Notes: generated by a model from the letters alone, not told the origin. A stretch of 32,000 nt of DNA from Thermosulfurimonas dismutans (GCF_001652585.1 NZ_LWLG01000003.1:90001-122000), one strand, 5' to 3'. Shown: positions 8,544 to 16,387, numbered from the stretch's first letter. Program-made: numbers and translations.

Positions 8544-8915
8544 ATGGCTAAAACTCCCCTGGTTTATCTAGCATTATCGGAAAGTGTAGCCCAAAAAGTA
8601 AAGGAGATTCTCAAAGGTTTTAACTGCCGGGTGGAAAGCGTGCCTGATGGTGAAGCCCTTATAAACCTTTCGCGGGAAACATTGCCCGATCTTATAATAA
8701 TAGAAAAAGAGATACCTAAACTCGACGGTTACGCAGCTGTTTTGCTTTTAAAAAACGATGAGAAGACTGCGGAAATCCCGGTGGTAGGGATTTGTAAATG
8801 TCTTTCGGACATTGAAGCCGAAAAGGCCCGGGATGCTGGGTGTGACGATTATGTGTGTTATCCTTTTGAAAAGGAAGAACTGGAAAAAATCCTAGAAAAA
8901 TTTTTGGTGAGGTAA
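8544..8915 (+). CDS. Single-domain response-regulator receiver with degenerate active site (pseudo-receiver)
   Basis: 123-aa ORF starting 2 nt after the AAA+ stop. It is CheY-like in length and in its beta/alpha pattern. Aligned to CheY, D12/D13 become L/S, D57 becomes E54 (gaa, 8703-8705), T87 becomes C and K109 becomes Y (DYVCYPF). Confidence 0.75.
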   Translation: MAKTPLVYLALSESVAQKVKEILKGFNCRVESVPDGEALINLSRETLPDLIIIEKEIPKLDGYAAVLLLKNDEKTAEIPVVGICKCLSDIEAEKARDAGCDDYVCYPFEKEELEKILEKFLVR

Positions 8916-8918
8916 GGC

Positions 8919-10103
8919 ATGATAGGCATTTCCAAACTCTATTGTGGCACAGTTGAGGCTTCGGACCCTTTACGTTACGGCCGAAGAGCTAAAGATTTAC
9001 CTTCCCATCTTCTCCAGTTTTCGGCGGACAAGCGGCCGGTAGTGGTCTGGAACGTGACCAAGAGATGTAATCTCCGGTGCGTTCACTGTTACGCCTCCGC
9101 GGATCCTTCCCCTCATCCGGATGAACTTACCACGGAAGAGGGTATGGCCCTCCTTGAGGATCTGGCGCAGTTCGGATGCCCGGTGGTTCTCTTTTCAGGC
9201 GGTGAGCCTCTTATGCGTCCGGACATCCTAGATCTGATTCATAAGGCGGTGACTCTCGGCCTGCGGGCGGTGGTTTCTACCAATGGAGTCCTTATAGATC
9301 GGGCTCTGGCCCGTGAACTAAAGAAGTTCGGTCTTTCTTATGTAGGCATCAGTATGGACGGCTTACGAGAGGTTCACGACCGTTTTCGGGGAGTAAAAGG
9401 GGCCTTCGATAAGGCAATGGAGGCGGTAGAGAACTGCAAGGCCGAAGGCATCAAGGTGGGCCTGCGGTTTACTATCAACAAACTCAACGCCCAGGAGATT
9501 CCGGGTATCTTTGACTTGGTTGAAGAGTATCAGATCCCGCGGATCTGTTTCTACCATCTGGTCTACGCCGGTCGCGGATCAAAATTGATGGAACAGGATC
9601 TCTCTCACGAGGAGACCCGGCGCTGGGTGGATTACATCATTGATCGTACTAAAGAACTCCACGAGAAGGGGCTCAAGGTGGAGGTCCTCACGGTGGACAA
9701 CCATGCTGACGGACCCTACCTCTACCTCCGTATGAAGCGGGAGGGCAACCCCCGGGCCGAGGAGGTCTATGAACTGCTGAAAATGAACGGGGGCAACAAT
9801 TCCGGGGTGGGGATAGGCTGTGTTTCCTGGGATGGTTCGGTGCATGCGGACCAGTTCTGGCGGCACTATTCCTTTGGAAACGTCCGGGAGCGGCCCTTTA
9901 GCGAGATCTGGATGGATACCTCAGACCCCCTCATGGCCAAGCTCAAAGAGAAAAAAAAGCATGTAAAGGGGCGGTGTGCCAAGTGCCGCTTCCTTGAGGT
10001 CTGTGCTGGAAATTTCAGGGTGCGGGCGGAGGCTGCTACCGGGGATGTTTGGGCCCCGGATCCCGCCTGCTATCTTACGGATGAAGAGATTGGTATAGCT
10101 TAA
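8919..10103 (+). CDS. Radical SAM enzyme with C-terminal SPASM/twitch-like Cys cluster, NirJ/AhbC/AhbD-like
   Basis: 394-aa ORF with the CX3CX2C motif CNLRCVHCY (9066-9089). The N-terminal ISKLYCG...DPLRYGR resembles the NirJ/Ahb heme-pathway radical SAM family as I recall it. C-terminal cysteines are GCVSWDG...[10 protein letters not shown]...DPAC. Radical SAM membership is confident; the subfamily is not. Confidence 0.8.
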   Translation: MIGISKLYCGTVEASDPLRYGRRAKDLPSHLLQFSADKRPVVVWNVTKRCNLRCVHCYASADPSPHPDELTTEEGMALLEDLAQFGCPVVLFSGGEPLMRPDILDLIHKAVTLGLRAVVSTNGVLIDRALARELKKFGLSYVGISMDGLREVHDRFRGVKGAFDKAMEAVENCKAEGIKVGLRFTINKLNAQEIPGIFDLVEEYQIPRICFYHLVYAGRGSKLMEQDLSHEETRRWVDYIIDRTKELHEKGLKVEVLTVDNHADGPYLYLRMKREGNPRAEEVYELLKMNGGNNSGVGIGCVSWDGSVHADQFWRHYSFGNVRERPFSEIWMDTSDPLMAKLKEKKKHVKGRCAKCRFLEVCAGNFRVRAEAATGDVWAPDPACYLTDEEIGIA

Positions 10104-10120
10104 GAAAGGAGGAAGAAGGG

Positions 10121-10723
10121 ATGAGGAAAATAGAAAGAGCCCTTATCAGTGTGACAGATAAGACCGGGGTGGCGGAGTTTGCGAAGGCCCTGCACGAGAT
10201 GGGCGTCGAGATCGTTTCCACCGGGGGCACGGCCCGCGTAATAAGAGAGGCCGGGGTTCCGGTAACGGATGTCTCAGAGGTTACCGGTTTCCCGGAGATG
10301 CTTGACGGTCGAGTAAAGACTCTGCATCCCAAAATCCACGGAGGGCTTCTTTTCATAAGGGACAAAGAGGAGCACGTACGCCAGATTCAGGAACACGGCA
10401 TTAAGCCCATAGACCTCGTGGCCGTAAACCTTTACGCCTTTGAGAAGACGGTGGCCTCCGGTGCGGATCTTGAGACCGCCATCGAGAACATTGATATCGG
10501 CGGCCCCACTCTTCTTCGGGCCGCGGCCAAAAACTTCAAATATGTGACGGTAATTGTGGACCCCGCAGATTACGAACGGGTACTTTCCGAGATGAGAGCC
10601 AACAACGGGGCCACTACGCTTAAGACCCGGTTTGACTTGGCCCGCAAGGTCTTTGAGACTACCTTTCGCTACGACCGGGCTATTGCGGAATACCTTGCGC
10701 AGGTCTCCCCTCCCGAGGAATAG
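10121..10723 (+). CDS. purH: IMP cyclohydrolase (MGS-like N-terminal domain of PurH only; AICAR formyltransferase domain absent)
   Basis: 200-aa ORF with a strong SD (GAAAGGAGGAAG). [11 protein letters not shown]...STGGTA...[21 protein letters not shown] is the classic PurH N-terminus. The ORF ends at the domain boundary, and its TAG stop directly abuts the aroD ATG. Confidence 0.85.
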   Translation: MRKIERALISVTDKTGVAEFAKALHEMGVEIVSTGGTARVIREAGVPVTDVSEVTGFPEMLDGRVKTLHPKIHGGLLFIRDKEEHVRQIQEHGIKPIDLVAVNLYAFEKTVASGADLETAIENIDIGGPTLLRAAAKNFKYVTVIVDPADYERVLSEMRANNGATTLKTRFDLARKVFETTFRYDRAIAEYLAQVSPPEE

Positions 10724-11407
10724 ATGATATGTGTTTCCATTGCGGAGCCTACGGTCGAGGCCGTCCTCAGGGCCCTCGCGCAGGCGCAGGGGCAGGCCGA
10801 TCTCTTTGAGATAAGGCTGGATGCCCTTGAGAAGCCCGCGGTAGCTCCCTTCCTTTCCGTTCGGAAAAAACCCCTTCTTTTCACTTTCCGGGCGGAAGAG
10901 GAAGGGGGTTTTCGTCCTGTTCCTCTTTCCGAGCGTCTGACGTGGCTTCGCGAGGCCGCCTCTGCCGGGGCGGACTATGTGGACCTCGAACTTTCCGCCG
11001 GCCCCGAGGCTATCCGGGAACTTCTCAAAGTCTCCAGGACCACGAAGCTCATTCTTTCGTATCATAATTTCGAAAAAACTCCGAAAGAAGACTACTTAAA
11101 AGACAAAATTAAAGAAATGGTTGAAATGGGGGCAGCCATCGGAAAGGTGGTCTGCATGGCGAAGGAGGTGGAGGACGGGTTGAGGCTTCTCGGGCTTATT
11201 CCCTGGGCCAGGGAGTGTTTTGATATACCGCTTATGGCCTTTGCCATGGGGCCGCTCGGGAAATGGACTCGGGTGGTCTCGGTGCTCTTGGGAGCCCCTT
11301 TTGCCTATGCGGCTGCAAGACCCGGTGGTGCGACCGCCCCTGGGCAGCTTACGGCGGAGGAATTGCGTAAGGCGCTTGCTCTTCTTTCTGAGGAGAAGAT
11401 TTCATGA
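10724..11407 (+). CDS. aroD: 3-dehydroquinate dehydratase, type I
   Basis: 227-aa ORF with typical AroD type I motifs: ICVSI..., LFEIRLD, DYVDLEL, ILSYHNFEKTP. It sits in an aro gene context. Confidence 0.85.
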   Translation: MICVSIAEPTVEAVLRALAQAQGQADLFEIRLDALEKPAVAPFLSVRKKPLLFTFRAEEEGGFRPVPLSERLTWLREAASAGADYVDLELSAGPEAIRELLKVSRTTKLILSYHNFEKTPKEDYLKDKIKEMVEMGAAIGKVVCMAKEVEDGLRLLGLIPWARECFDIPLMAFAMGPLGKWTRVVSVLLGAPFAYAAARPGGATAPGQLTAEELRKALALLSEEKIS

Positions 11408-12216
11408 AGGTCTTCGGGGTTATAGGCTATCCAGTGTCTCACTCCCTCTCGCCAGTGATGCACAACGCGGCTTTAAGGCATCTCGGGATCCCAGCGGTTT
11501 ACGGGGCCTTTGAGGTCGGCCCCGAGGATCTTCCGGCCGCCATCTCCGGAGTCCGGGCCCTCGGGATAGGTGGACTTTCGGTAACTGTCCCCCACAAGGA
11601 GGCCGTAATGGCCTGGCTTGACGAGATAGACCCGGTGGCCGAAAGGATCGGGGCGGTTAACACCGTAGTGAACCGGGAGGGATGTCTTTTCGGAACCAAC
11701 ACCGACTGGCTCGGGGTCAAACGTAGTTTGCTAGAGGCCGGGGTGGAACTTTCTGGGAAGAAGGCCGTGGTAGTGGGGGCTGGGGGAGCAGCGCGGGCGG
11801 TGGTCTATGCCCTCTGCGAGCTAGGGGCCGAGGTTGAGATTTACAACCGCACGTTTCCGAAGGCCGAAAAACTCGCGCGGGATTTCGGGGGAAGAGCCTA
11901 CGCCCTTTCCGAAATTATTAAGGCTTCTGGGGAAATCATCATTCAGACCACGAGTGTGGGGTTAAAGAGCTGGAAGAGTCCGGTGCCGAAGGAGGTCTTT
12001 GAAAATTTTCAGGTGGCTATGGACATCGTGTATGTGCCGCTCAAGACCAGGTTTCTTTCCGAAGCGGAGGCTGCTGGCTGCCAAACCATTGACGGCCTCA
12101 AGATGCTGGTTTATCAGGGAGCAGAGCAATTTAAACTTTTTACGGGGTACGAACCTCCGGTAGAATTGATGTATCAGGAAGCTCTAAGGAGTCTTCATGG
12201 AAAAGAAAGAGATTAA
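11404..12216 (+). CDS. aroE: Shikimate 5-dehydrogenase
   Basis: 270-aa ORF with an ATGA overlap onto aroD. It has GVIGYPVSHSLSPVMHNAA, the NTD motif (GTNTDWLG) and the NADP-binding VVGAGGAARAV. Confidence 0.9.
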   Translation: MKVFGVIGYPVSHSLSPVMHNAALRHLGIPAVYGAFEVGPEDLPAAISGVRALGIGGLSVTVPHKEAVMAWLDEIDPVAERIGAVNTVVNREGCLFGTNTDWLGVKRSLLEAGVELSGKKAVVVGAGGAARAVVYALCELGAEVEIYNRTFPKAEKLARDFGGRAYALSEIIKASGEIIIQTTSVGLKSWKSPVPKEVFENFQVAMDIVYVPLKTRFLSEAEAAGCQTIDGLKMLVYQGAEQFKLFTGYEPPVELMYQEALRSLHGKERD

Positions 12217-13468
12217 GCCCCTTAATAGCTCGATTGCAATAAAACTAAGGCTTCCAGGGTCAAAGAGCCTCACACAGAGGGCCCTTCTCTGTGCGGCTCT
12301 GGCTAAAGGAGAGTCGGTTATAAAAAATCCCCTAATTAGTGAAGATACGGAGCTTCTTTCCGAAGCCCTGCGGACTTCGGGTTGCGGGCTGGAACGCAGG
12401 GACGGGTCTTTTGTGGTTTCTGGAGTCTCTGGAGAACCAGTCTTTTCCGGGGAGGAGATCTTTTTCGGAAACAACGGCACCGGTTCCAGATTTTTTCTGG
12501 CCTATGCCGCGCTTTCCCGGAATGGGGAGGCTGTCCTTTATGGGAAACCACGGCTCCATGAAAGGCCCATGGGGCCCCTGATTACGGCTCTCAGGAGTTT
12601 GGGGGCAAAAGTAGAGTGTCTCTCCAGAGAAGGGTATCTTCCGGCAAGGGTCTCTCCCGGAAGGCTTTCAGGAGGTCGGATTACGCTCCCGGCCACTCAA
12701 AGTAGCCAGTATATCTCGGCTCTCCTTCTCATCGGTCCTTATCTTCCCGGAGGGCTTGAACTGGAGATCGAAGGACAGATGGTCTCCACCCCGTACGTGG
12801 AGCTCACCCTTTCGGTGATGTCGGCCTTTGGGGCGGAGGTGGAGAAGATTTCCGGTGGTTTCAGGGTTAGTGAGGGCGGCTATCGGGCCCGGATCTATGA
12901 GGTGGAGGGGGATGCCTCAAGTGCCTCTTATTTTCTTGTTCTTCCGGCCCTTCTTGGAGGCTCGGTGGAGGTGGAAAATCTTTCCCCTGATTCCCCCCAG
13001 GCCGACACGCTGTTTTTCAAGATACTTTCAGAGAGCGGGGGCCGGGTCGAAAGGGCAGGGCAGGGTGTAAAGGTGGAGTTCTCCACACCTCCCCGGGCCT
13101 TTGAGGTTGATTTGCGAGAGGCTCCGGATCTCTTTCCCACCCTCTGTGTGCTAGCTGCGGTGGCCGAAGGCAAAAGTCGGATCTACGGGGCTCCGCATCT
13201 GAGATACAAGGAATGCGATCGCATAGCCGCCATGGCCACTGAACTTTCAAAGACCGGAGTCAAGGTGAGAGAACTTCCCGATGGTATAGAAATAGAAGGC
13301 GGCAGAGAACTTCACGGAGCCGAGATTGAGACCTATGATGACCATCGCATCGCCATGTCTTTTGCGGTTCTCGGGCTTAAAGTCCCGGGCATGGTCATTC
13401 GCAATCCCGCCTGTGTGGCCAAGTCTTTTCCGGAATTCTGGGAATATCTGCGTAAGGTTTACGCCTGA
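12197..13468 (+). CDS. aroA: 3-phosphoshikimate 1-carboxyvinyltransferase (EPSP synthase)
   Basis: 423-aa ORF with LPGSKSLTQRALLCAAL, NNGTGSRF and a DHRIAMSFAV C-terminal motif. It overlaps aroE by 20 nt. Confidence 0.92.
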   Translation: MEKKEIKPLNSSIAIKLRLPGSKSLTQRALLCAALAKGESVIKNPLISEDTELLSEALRTSGCGLERRDGSFVVSGVSGEPVFSGEEIFFGNNGTGSRFFLAYAALSRNGEAVLYGKPRLHERPMGPLITALRSLGAKVECLSREGYLPARVSPGRLSGGRITLPATQSSQYISALLLIGPYLPGGLELEIEGQMVSTPYVELTLSVMSAFGAEVEKISGGFRVSEGGYRARIYEVEGDASSASYFLVLPALLGGSVEVENLSPDSPQADTLFFKILSESGGRVERAGQGVKVEFSTPPRAFEVDLREAPDLFPTLCVLAAVAEGKSRIYGAPHLRYKECDRIAAMATELSKTGVKVRELPDGIEIEGGRELHGAEIETYDDHRIAMSFAVLGLKVPGMVIRNPACVAKSFPEFWEYLRKVYA

Positions 13469-14041
13469 TTAGATCCAATATTCGGGATATCTTCGACTAG
13501 CCGGTATATTGTTAACTAATACGGCAATGATTAGCATGATAAGGGCCCCCAGGCCAGCCGGTATAATAGCGTACAGGTAACCCAAATTGTGAATCTTATT
13601 ACTACCTATGACCGCGATCAGGGCCGTGGCACCACCCGGAGGATGTAAGGTCCTCGTAGCATGCATAATAGCAATGGCTGTGGAAACCGCTAGAGCGGCT
13701 GCCAGCCACATCTCAGAATGGAATAGTTTATAACAGGTGACTCCCACGAGGGCCGATATGATATGCCCCCCAACTAGATTTCTCGGCTGAGCCAATGGAC
13801 TTTTGATGGCACCGTATATCAAAACCGCAGAGGCTCCAAAAGAGCCTATGACCATGACCAGGTCCGTGTTTGTGAGCAGGTTGTAATGGATGTAAGATAC
13901 GGCTGCGATCCCCAGAAACGCCCCGATCCATGACCAAATGATTTCGGAAAGGCTTACCCGGGGCGGGCTTTTAGTTACACCTTTCATTTTTGATAGATAT
14001 TCGGATAAATAACTGTGTCTATGTTGTTTGATTTTTTCCAT
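13469..14041 (-). CDS. HPP-family integral membrane protein
   Basis: 190-aa ORF with a GTG start (an SD-like AAGGT lies 8 nt upstream). It has four to five hydrophobic segments and the eponymous motif TLHPPGGATALIAV. Its stop codon is directly adjacent (0 nt) to the convergent aroA stop. Confidence 0.8.
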   Translation of the reverse strand: MEKIKQHRHSYLSEYLSKMKGVTKSPPRVSLSEIIWSWIGAFLGIAAVSYIHYNLLTNTDLVMVIGSFGASAVLIYGAIKSPLAQPRNLVGGHIISALVGVTCYKLFHSEMWLAAALAVSTAIAIMHATRTLHPPGGATALIAVIGSNKIHNLGYLYAIIPAGLGALIMLIIAVLVNNIPASRRYPEYWI

Positions 14042-14043
14042 CC

Positions 14044-14072
14044 TTTGGATACCTTGGAACTTTTTGCTATAA
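14044..14072 (+). promoter_or_regulatory. Putative sigma-70 promoter with extended -10, facing aroK
   Basis: The -35-like TTGGAT (14044-14049) is followed by a 17-nt spacer, an extended -10 TG (14064-14065) and a perfect TATAAT (14067-14072). This would give a leader of about 100 nt before the aroK ATG. Confidence 0.4.
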
Positions 14073-14176
14073 TGATCTAATGCTTCTTTGGTGAGTTAGC
14101 AAGTTAAAATTTATAATTTTGTGGTTAAAAATTTGTAAACTGTGTTTTAACTGGCTTTAATTTATGAGGATATAAG

Positions 14177-14692
14177 ATGTGCTCCAGAATCATATTGATC
14201 GGTTTTCGAGCCACGGGTAAGACCACCGTGGGTAAGTTGTTGGCCAAAAGGTTGGGCTACCCTTTTGTGGATCTGGATGAGTATATTGAAAGGAAACTCG
14301 GTAAAAGCATCCGGGAGGTGGTGGAGGAAGGGGGCTGGCAGGCCTTCCGAGCGGAAGAAAGGAAGGCCATGCGGGAGTTTGCAGAAAAGGGAGACCTGGT
14401 GCTTTCGCTCGGGGGCGGGGCGGTGATGCACGAGGCCGAAATGGAGGCCCTGAAGGAAGAGGCTTTGGTGGTCTGGCTCTCGGCCCCGGTTGAGACCATT
14501 ATTGAACGTCTTTCCCGCGATCCGAAAACTGCCACCCAGCGCCCGTCCTTGACGGAAAAATCCCTAGAGGAGGAGGTGAGGGAACTCCTTTCCCGCCGGG
14601 AACCGCTCTACGCCCGCTTTGCGGATCTTCGGATCTCCTCGGAGGGCTTATCCCCGGAGGAGATCGTCCGGAAGATTTTGGAAGTCCTTTGA
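14177..14692 (+). CDS. aroK: Shikimate kinase
   Basis: 171-aa ORF with the SD GAGGA 6 nt upstream. The P-loop is GFRATGKTTVGK, followed by FVDLDEYIE and GGGAV motifs. Confidence 0.9.
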   Translation: MCSRIILIGFRATGKTTVGKLLAKRLGYPFVDLDEYIERKLGKSIREVVEEGGWQAFRAEERKAMREFAEKGDLVLSLGGGAVMHEAEMEALKEEALVVWLSAPVETIIERLSRDPKTATQRPSLTEKSLEEEVRELLSRREPLYARFADLRISSEGLSPEEIVRKILEVL

Positions 14693-14766
14693 GTTCAACT
14701 TTTGGTAAACGAACCTTGAGTTGCTTACTGAGGCGCTTGACCCGAGCTTCCCACACAACGTCGTTT

Positions 14767-16383
14767 TTATCTTAAAACCTCGACAAAGCGGAAGGTCCGG
14801 ACATCGAATAGCCCCCGATCGGTGAGCTTGAGCTCGGGGATCACCGGAAGGGCCATGAAGGAGAGGGTCATGAAGGGGGCCGTAAGGCGGGAACCCAAGA
14901 CCTCTTTGCTAAAGCGATCAATTTCCTCGTATTTCCGGGCCACCTCGAAGGCCTCCTCCGGGCTCATGAGACCGGCCACCGGCAGCGGCAGCACCATTTC
15001 GGCCTCCTCGCTTACCGCCGCAAGGCCGCCCCGGTTCTCTATTACCAGGTTTACGGCTTTGGCGATAAGCTCGTCGCTAACCCCTACGGCCACGAGGTTG
15101 TGGGAGTCATGCGCCACCGAGGAGGCGATGGCCCCTTTCTTCAGACCGAAACCCTTTACGAAGGCCACCGCCGGTGGGGCCTCTTGATACCGATTGATGA
15201 TGGCTATTTTCAGGATGTCGTGTTCGGGATCGGCCTCGAAGATCCGGCTGCGGGTCCTGAAGCTTGTCTCCCGGGTAAAAAGTTCGCCATCAAGGGCCTC
15301 TATGACCCTTATTTCCCTGAAATCGGAAACAAATTCAAAGTCTTGGAGGTTTTTGGGTCTGGCCTCAAACCGGTTGGGGATGGGGCAGGGCGGAGGGGCC
15401 ATCCTCACCTCGCCCTTCTCGAAGACTACCTGGCCGTTGATGACGGTTCTCACGACCTCAAAGTCTGTGAGATCCCTCACCTCGATGAAGTCGGCTGGCT
15501 CTCCCTCTTTCAGGGTTCCCACTTTAAGGCCATAATGCCTTACGGGGTTAAGGCAGGCGACTTTAAGGACTTCAAATAAATCATGTCCTTCCTTTACGGC
15601 CCTTGCCACCAGGGAATTTATATGACCCCTGAGGAGATCGTCGGGGTGGCTGTCGTCGGTGCAGAACATGAGACTTTCGGGATATTCGGAAATAAGCGGG
15701 GAGAGGGTTTCGAAGTTTCTGGCTGCCGAGCCCTCTCTTATGAGGATTTTCATACCCTTTTCTATCTTCTCCCGGGCCTCCTCATAGCTTGAAGCCTCGT
15801 GATCCGTAGAGATGCCGGCCTCGATGTAGTGGGTAAGGGCCTCTCCGCGAAGCCCCGGGGCGTGTCCATCCACGGGTTTTCCGTATTTTTGGGCCAGCGC
15901 TATCTTGGCAAGTAGTTCCTCATCACCAGCAAGGACCCCGGGAAAGTTCATCACCTCGCTGAGGAAGCCTATCTCCGGAAGTTTCAGAAGTTCCTCCACT
16001 TCTGCCGGGCCCAGGCGGGCCCCGCTGGTCTCAAAGGGAGTAGCGGGCACACAGGAAGGGGCCCCGAAACAGAACTTAAAAGGCACCCTCCGAGCGTCCT
16101 CCAGCATGAAGCGGACGCCCTCAAGACCAAGAACATTTGCGATCTCGTGGGGATCGGAAACCACGGCCACCGTCCCGTGTCTTACCGCAAGTCTTGCAAA
16201 CTGTGAGGGCACCATCAGGGAGCTTTCGATGTGAACGTGGGCGTCCACGAATCCGGGAAGGATGTAAGTCTGACAGGGTTCGTTTATCCTCCGGATGGCT
16301 TTTATGACTGGCCCCTCCACCTCTATTTCAGAAGGGATGATGGTCCGCTCCTCGGGGTTTACCAGGTTGGCCCTGAACTTCAT
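14767..16383 (-). CDS. ade: Adenine deaminase
   Basis: 538-aa ORF from the amidohydrolase superfamily. GFVDAHVHIESSLMVP...VSDPHEIANV is characteristic of adenine deaminase, and the length is appropriate. Confidence 0.88.
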   Translation of the reverse strand: MKFRANLVNPEERTIIPSEIEVEGPVIKAIRRINEPCQTYILPGFVDAHVHIESSLMVPSQFARLAVRHGTVAVVSDPHEIANVLGLEGVRFMLEDARRVPFKFCFGAPSCVPATPFETSGARLGPAEVEELLKLPEIGFLSEVMNFPGVLAGDEELLAKIALAQKYGKPVDGHAPGLRGEALTHYIEAGISTDHEASSYEEAREKIEKGMKILIREGSAARNFETLSPLISEYPESLMFCTDDSHPDDLLRGHINSLVARAVKEGHDLFEVLKVACLNPVRHYGLKVGTLKEGEPADFIEVRDLTDFEVVRTVINGQVVFEKGEVRMAPPPCPIPNRFEARPKNLQDFEFVSDFREIRVIEALDGELFTRETSFRTRSRIFEADPEHDILKIAIINRYQEAPPAVAFVKGFGLKKGAIASSVAHDSHNLVAVGVSDELIAKAVNLVIENRGGLAAVSEEAEMVLPLPVAGLMSPEEAFEVARKYEEIDRFSKEVLGSRLTAPFMTLSFMALPVIPELKLTDRGLFDVRTFRFVEVLR

Positions 16384-16387
16384 CCGG

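Noticed and set aside
10274-11065. A 263-aa ORF on the minus strand, spanning the purH-N/aroD junction antisense to both genes
   Set aside because: Its translation is low-complexity and Gly/Arg/Lys/Pro/Leu-rich, with no motifs. It lies opposite two genes with unmistakable family signatures. Long stop-free antisense frames are expected in GC-rich coding DNA. The same reasoning applies to 4830-5306, 5149-5697, 19902-20444, 22783-23178 and 24197-24568 on the minus strand.
14054-14066. A sigma-54-like element, TGGAAC-N5-GC, in the HPP/aroK intergenic region
   Set aside because: The GG-to-GC spacing is 10 nt rather than the required 12, and the -24 box is imperfect. The same bases are better explained as the spacer and extended -10 of a sigma-70 promoter. 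TGGCAC hexamers near 8936, 29596 and 31163 are inside coding regions and lack a TTGC at the -12 position.
14693-14766. The convergent aroK/ade gap, expected to hold a bidirectional terminator
   Set aside because: I could find only 3-5-bp stems (for example CAACT...AGTTG) and no GC-rich hairpin with a flanking T-run on either strand. No terminator is called.
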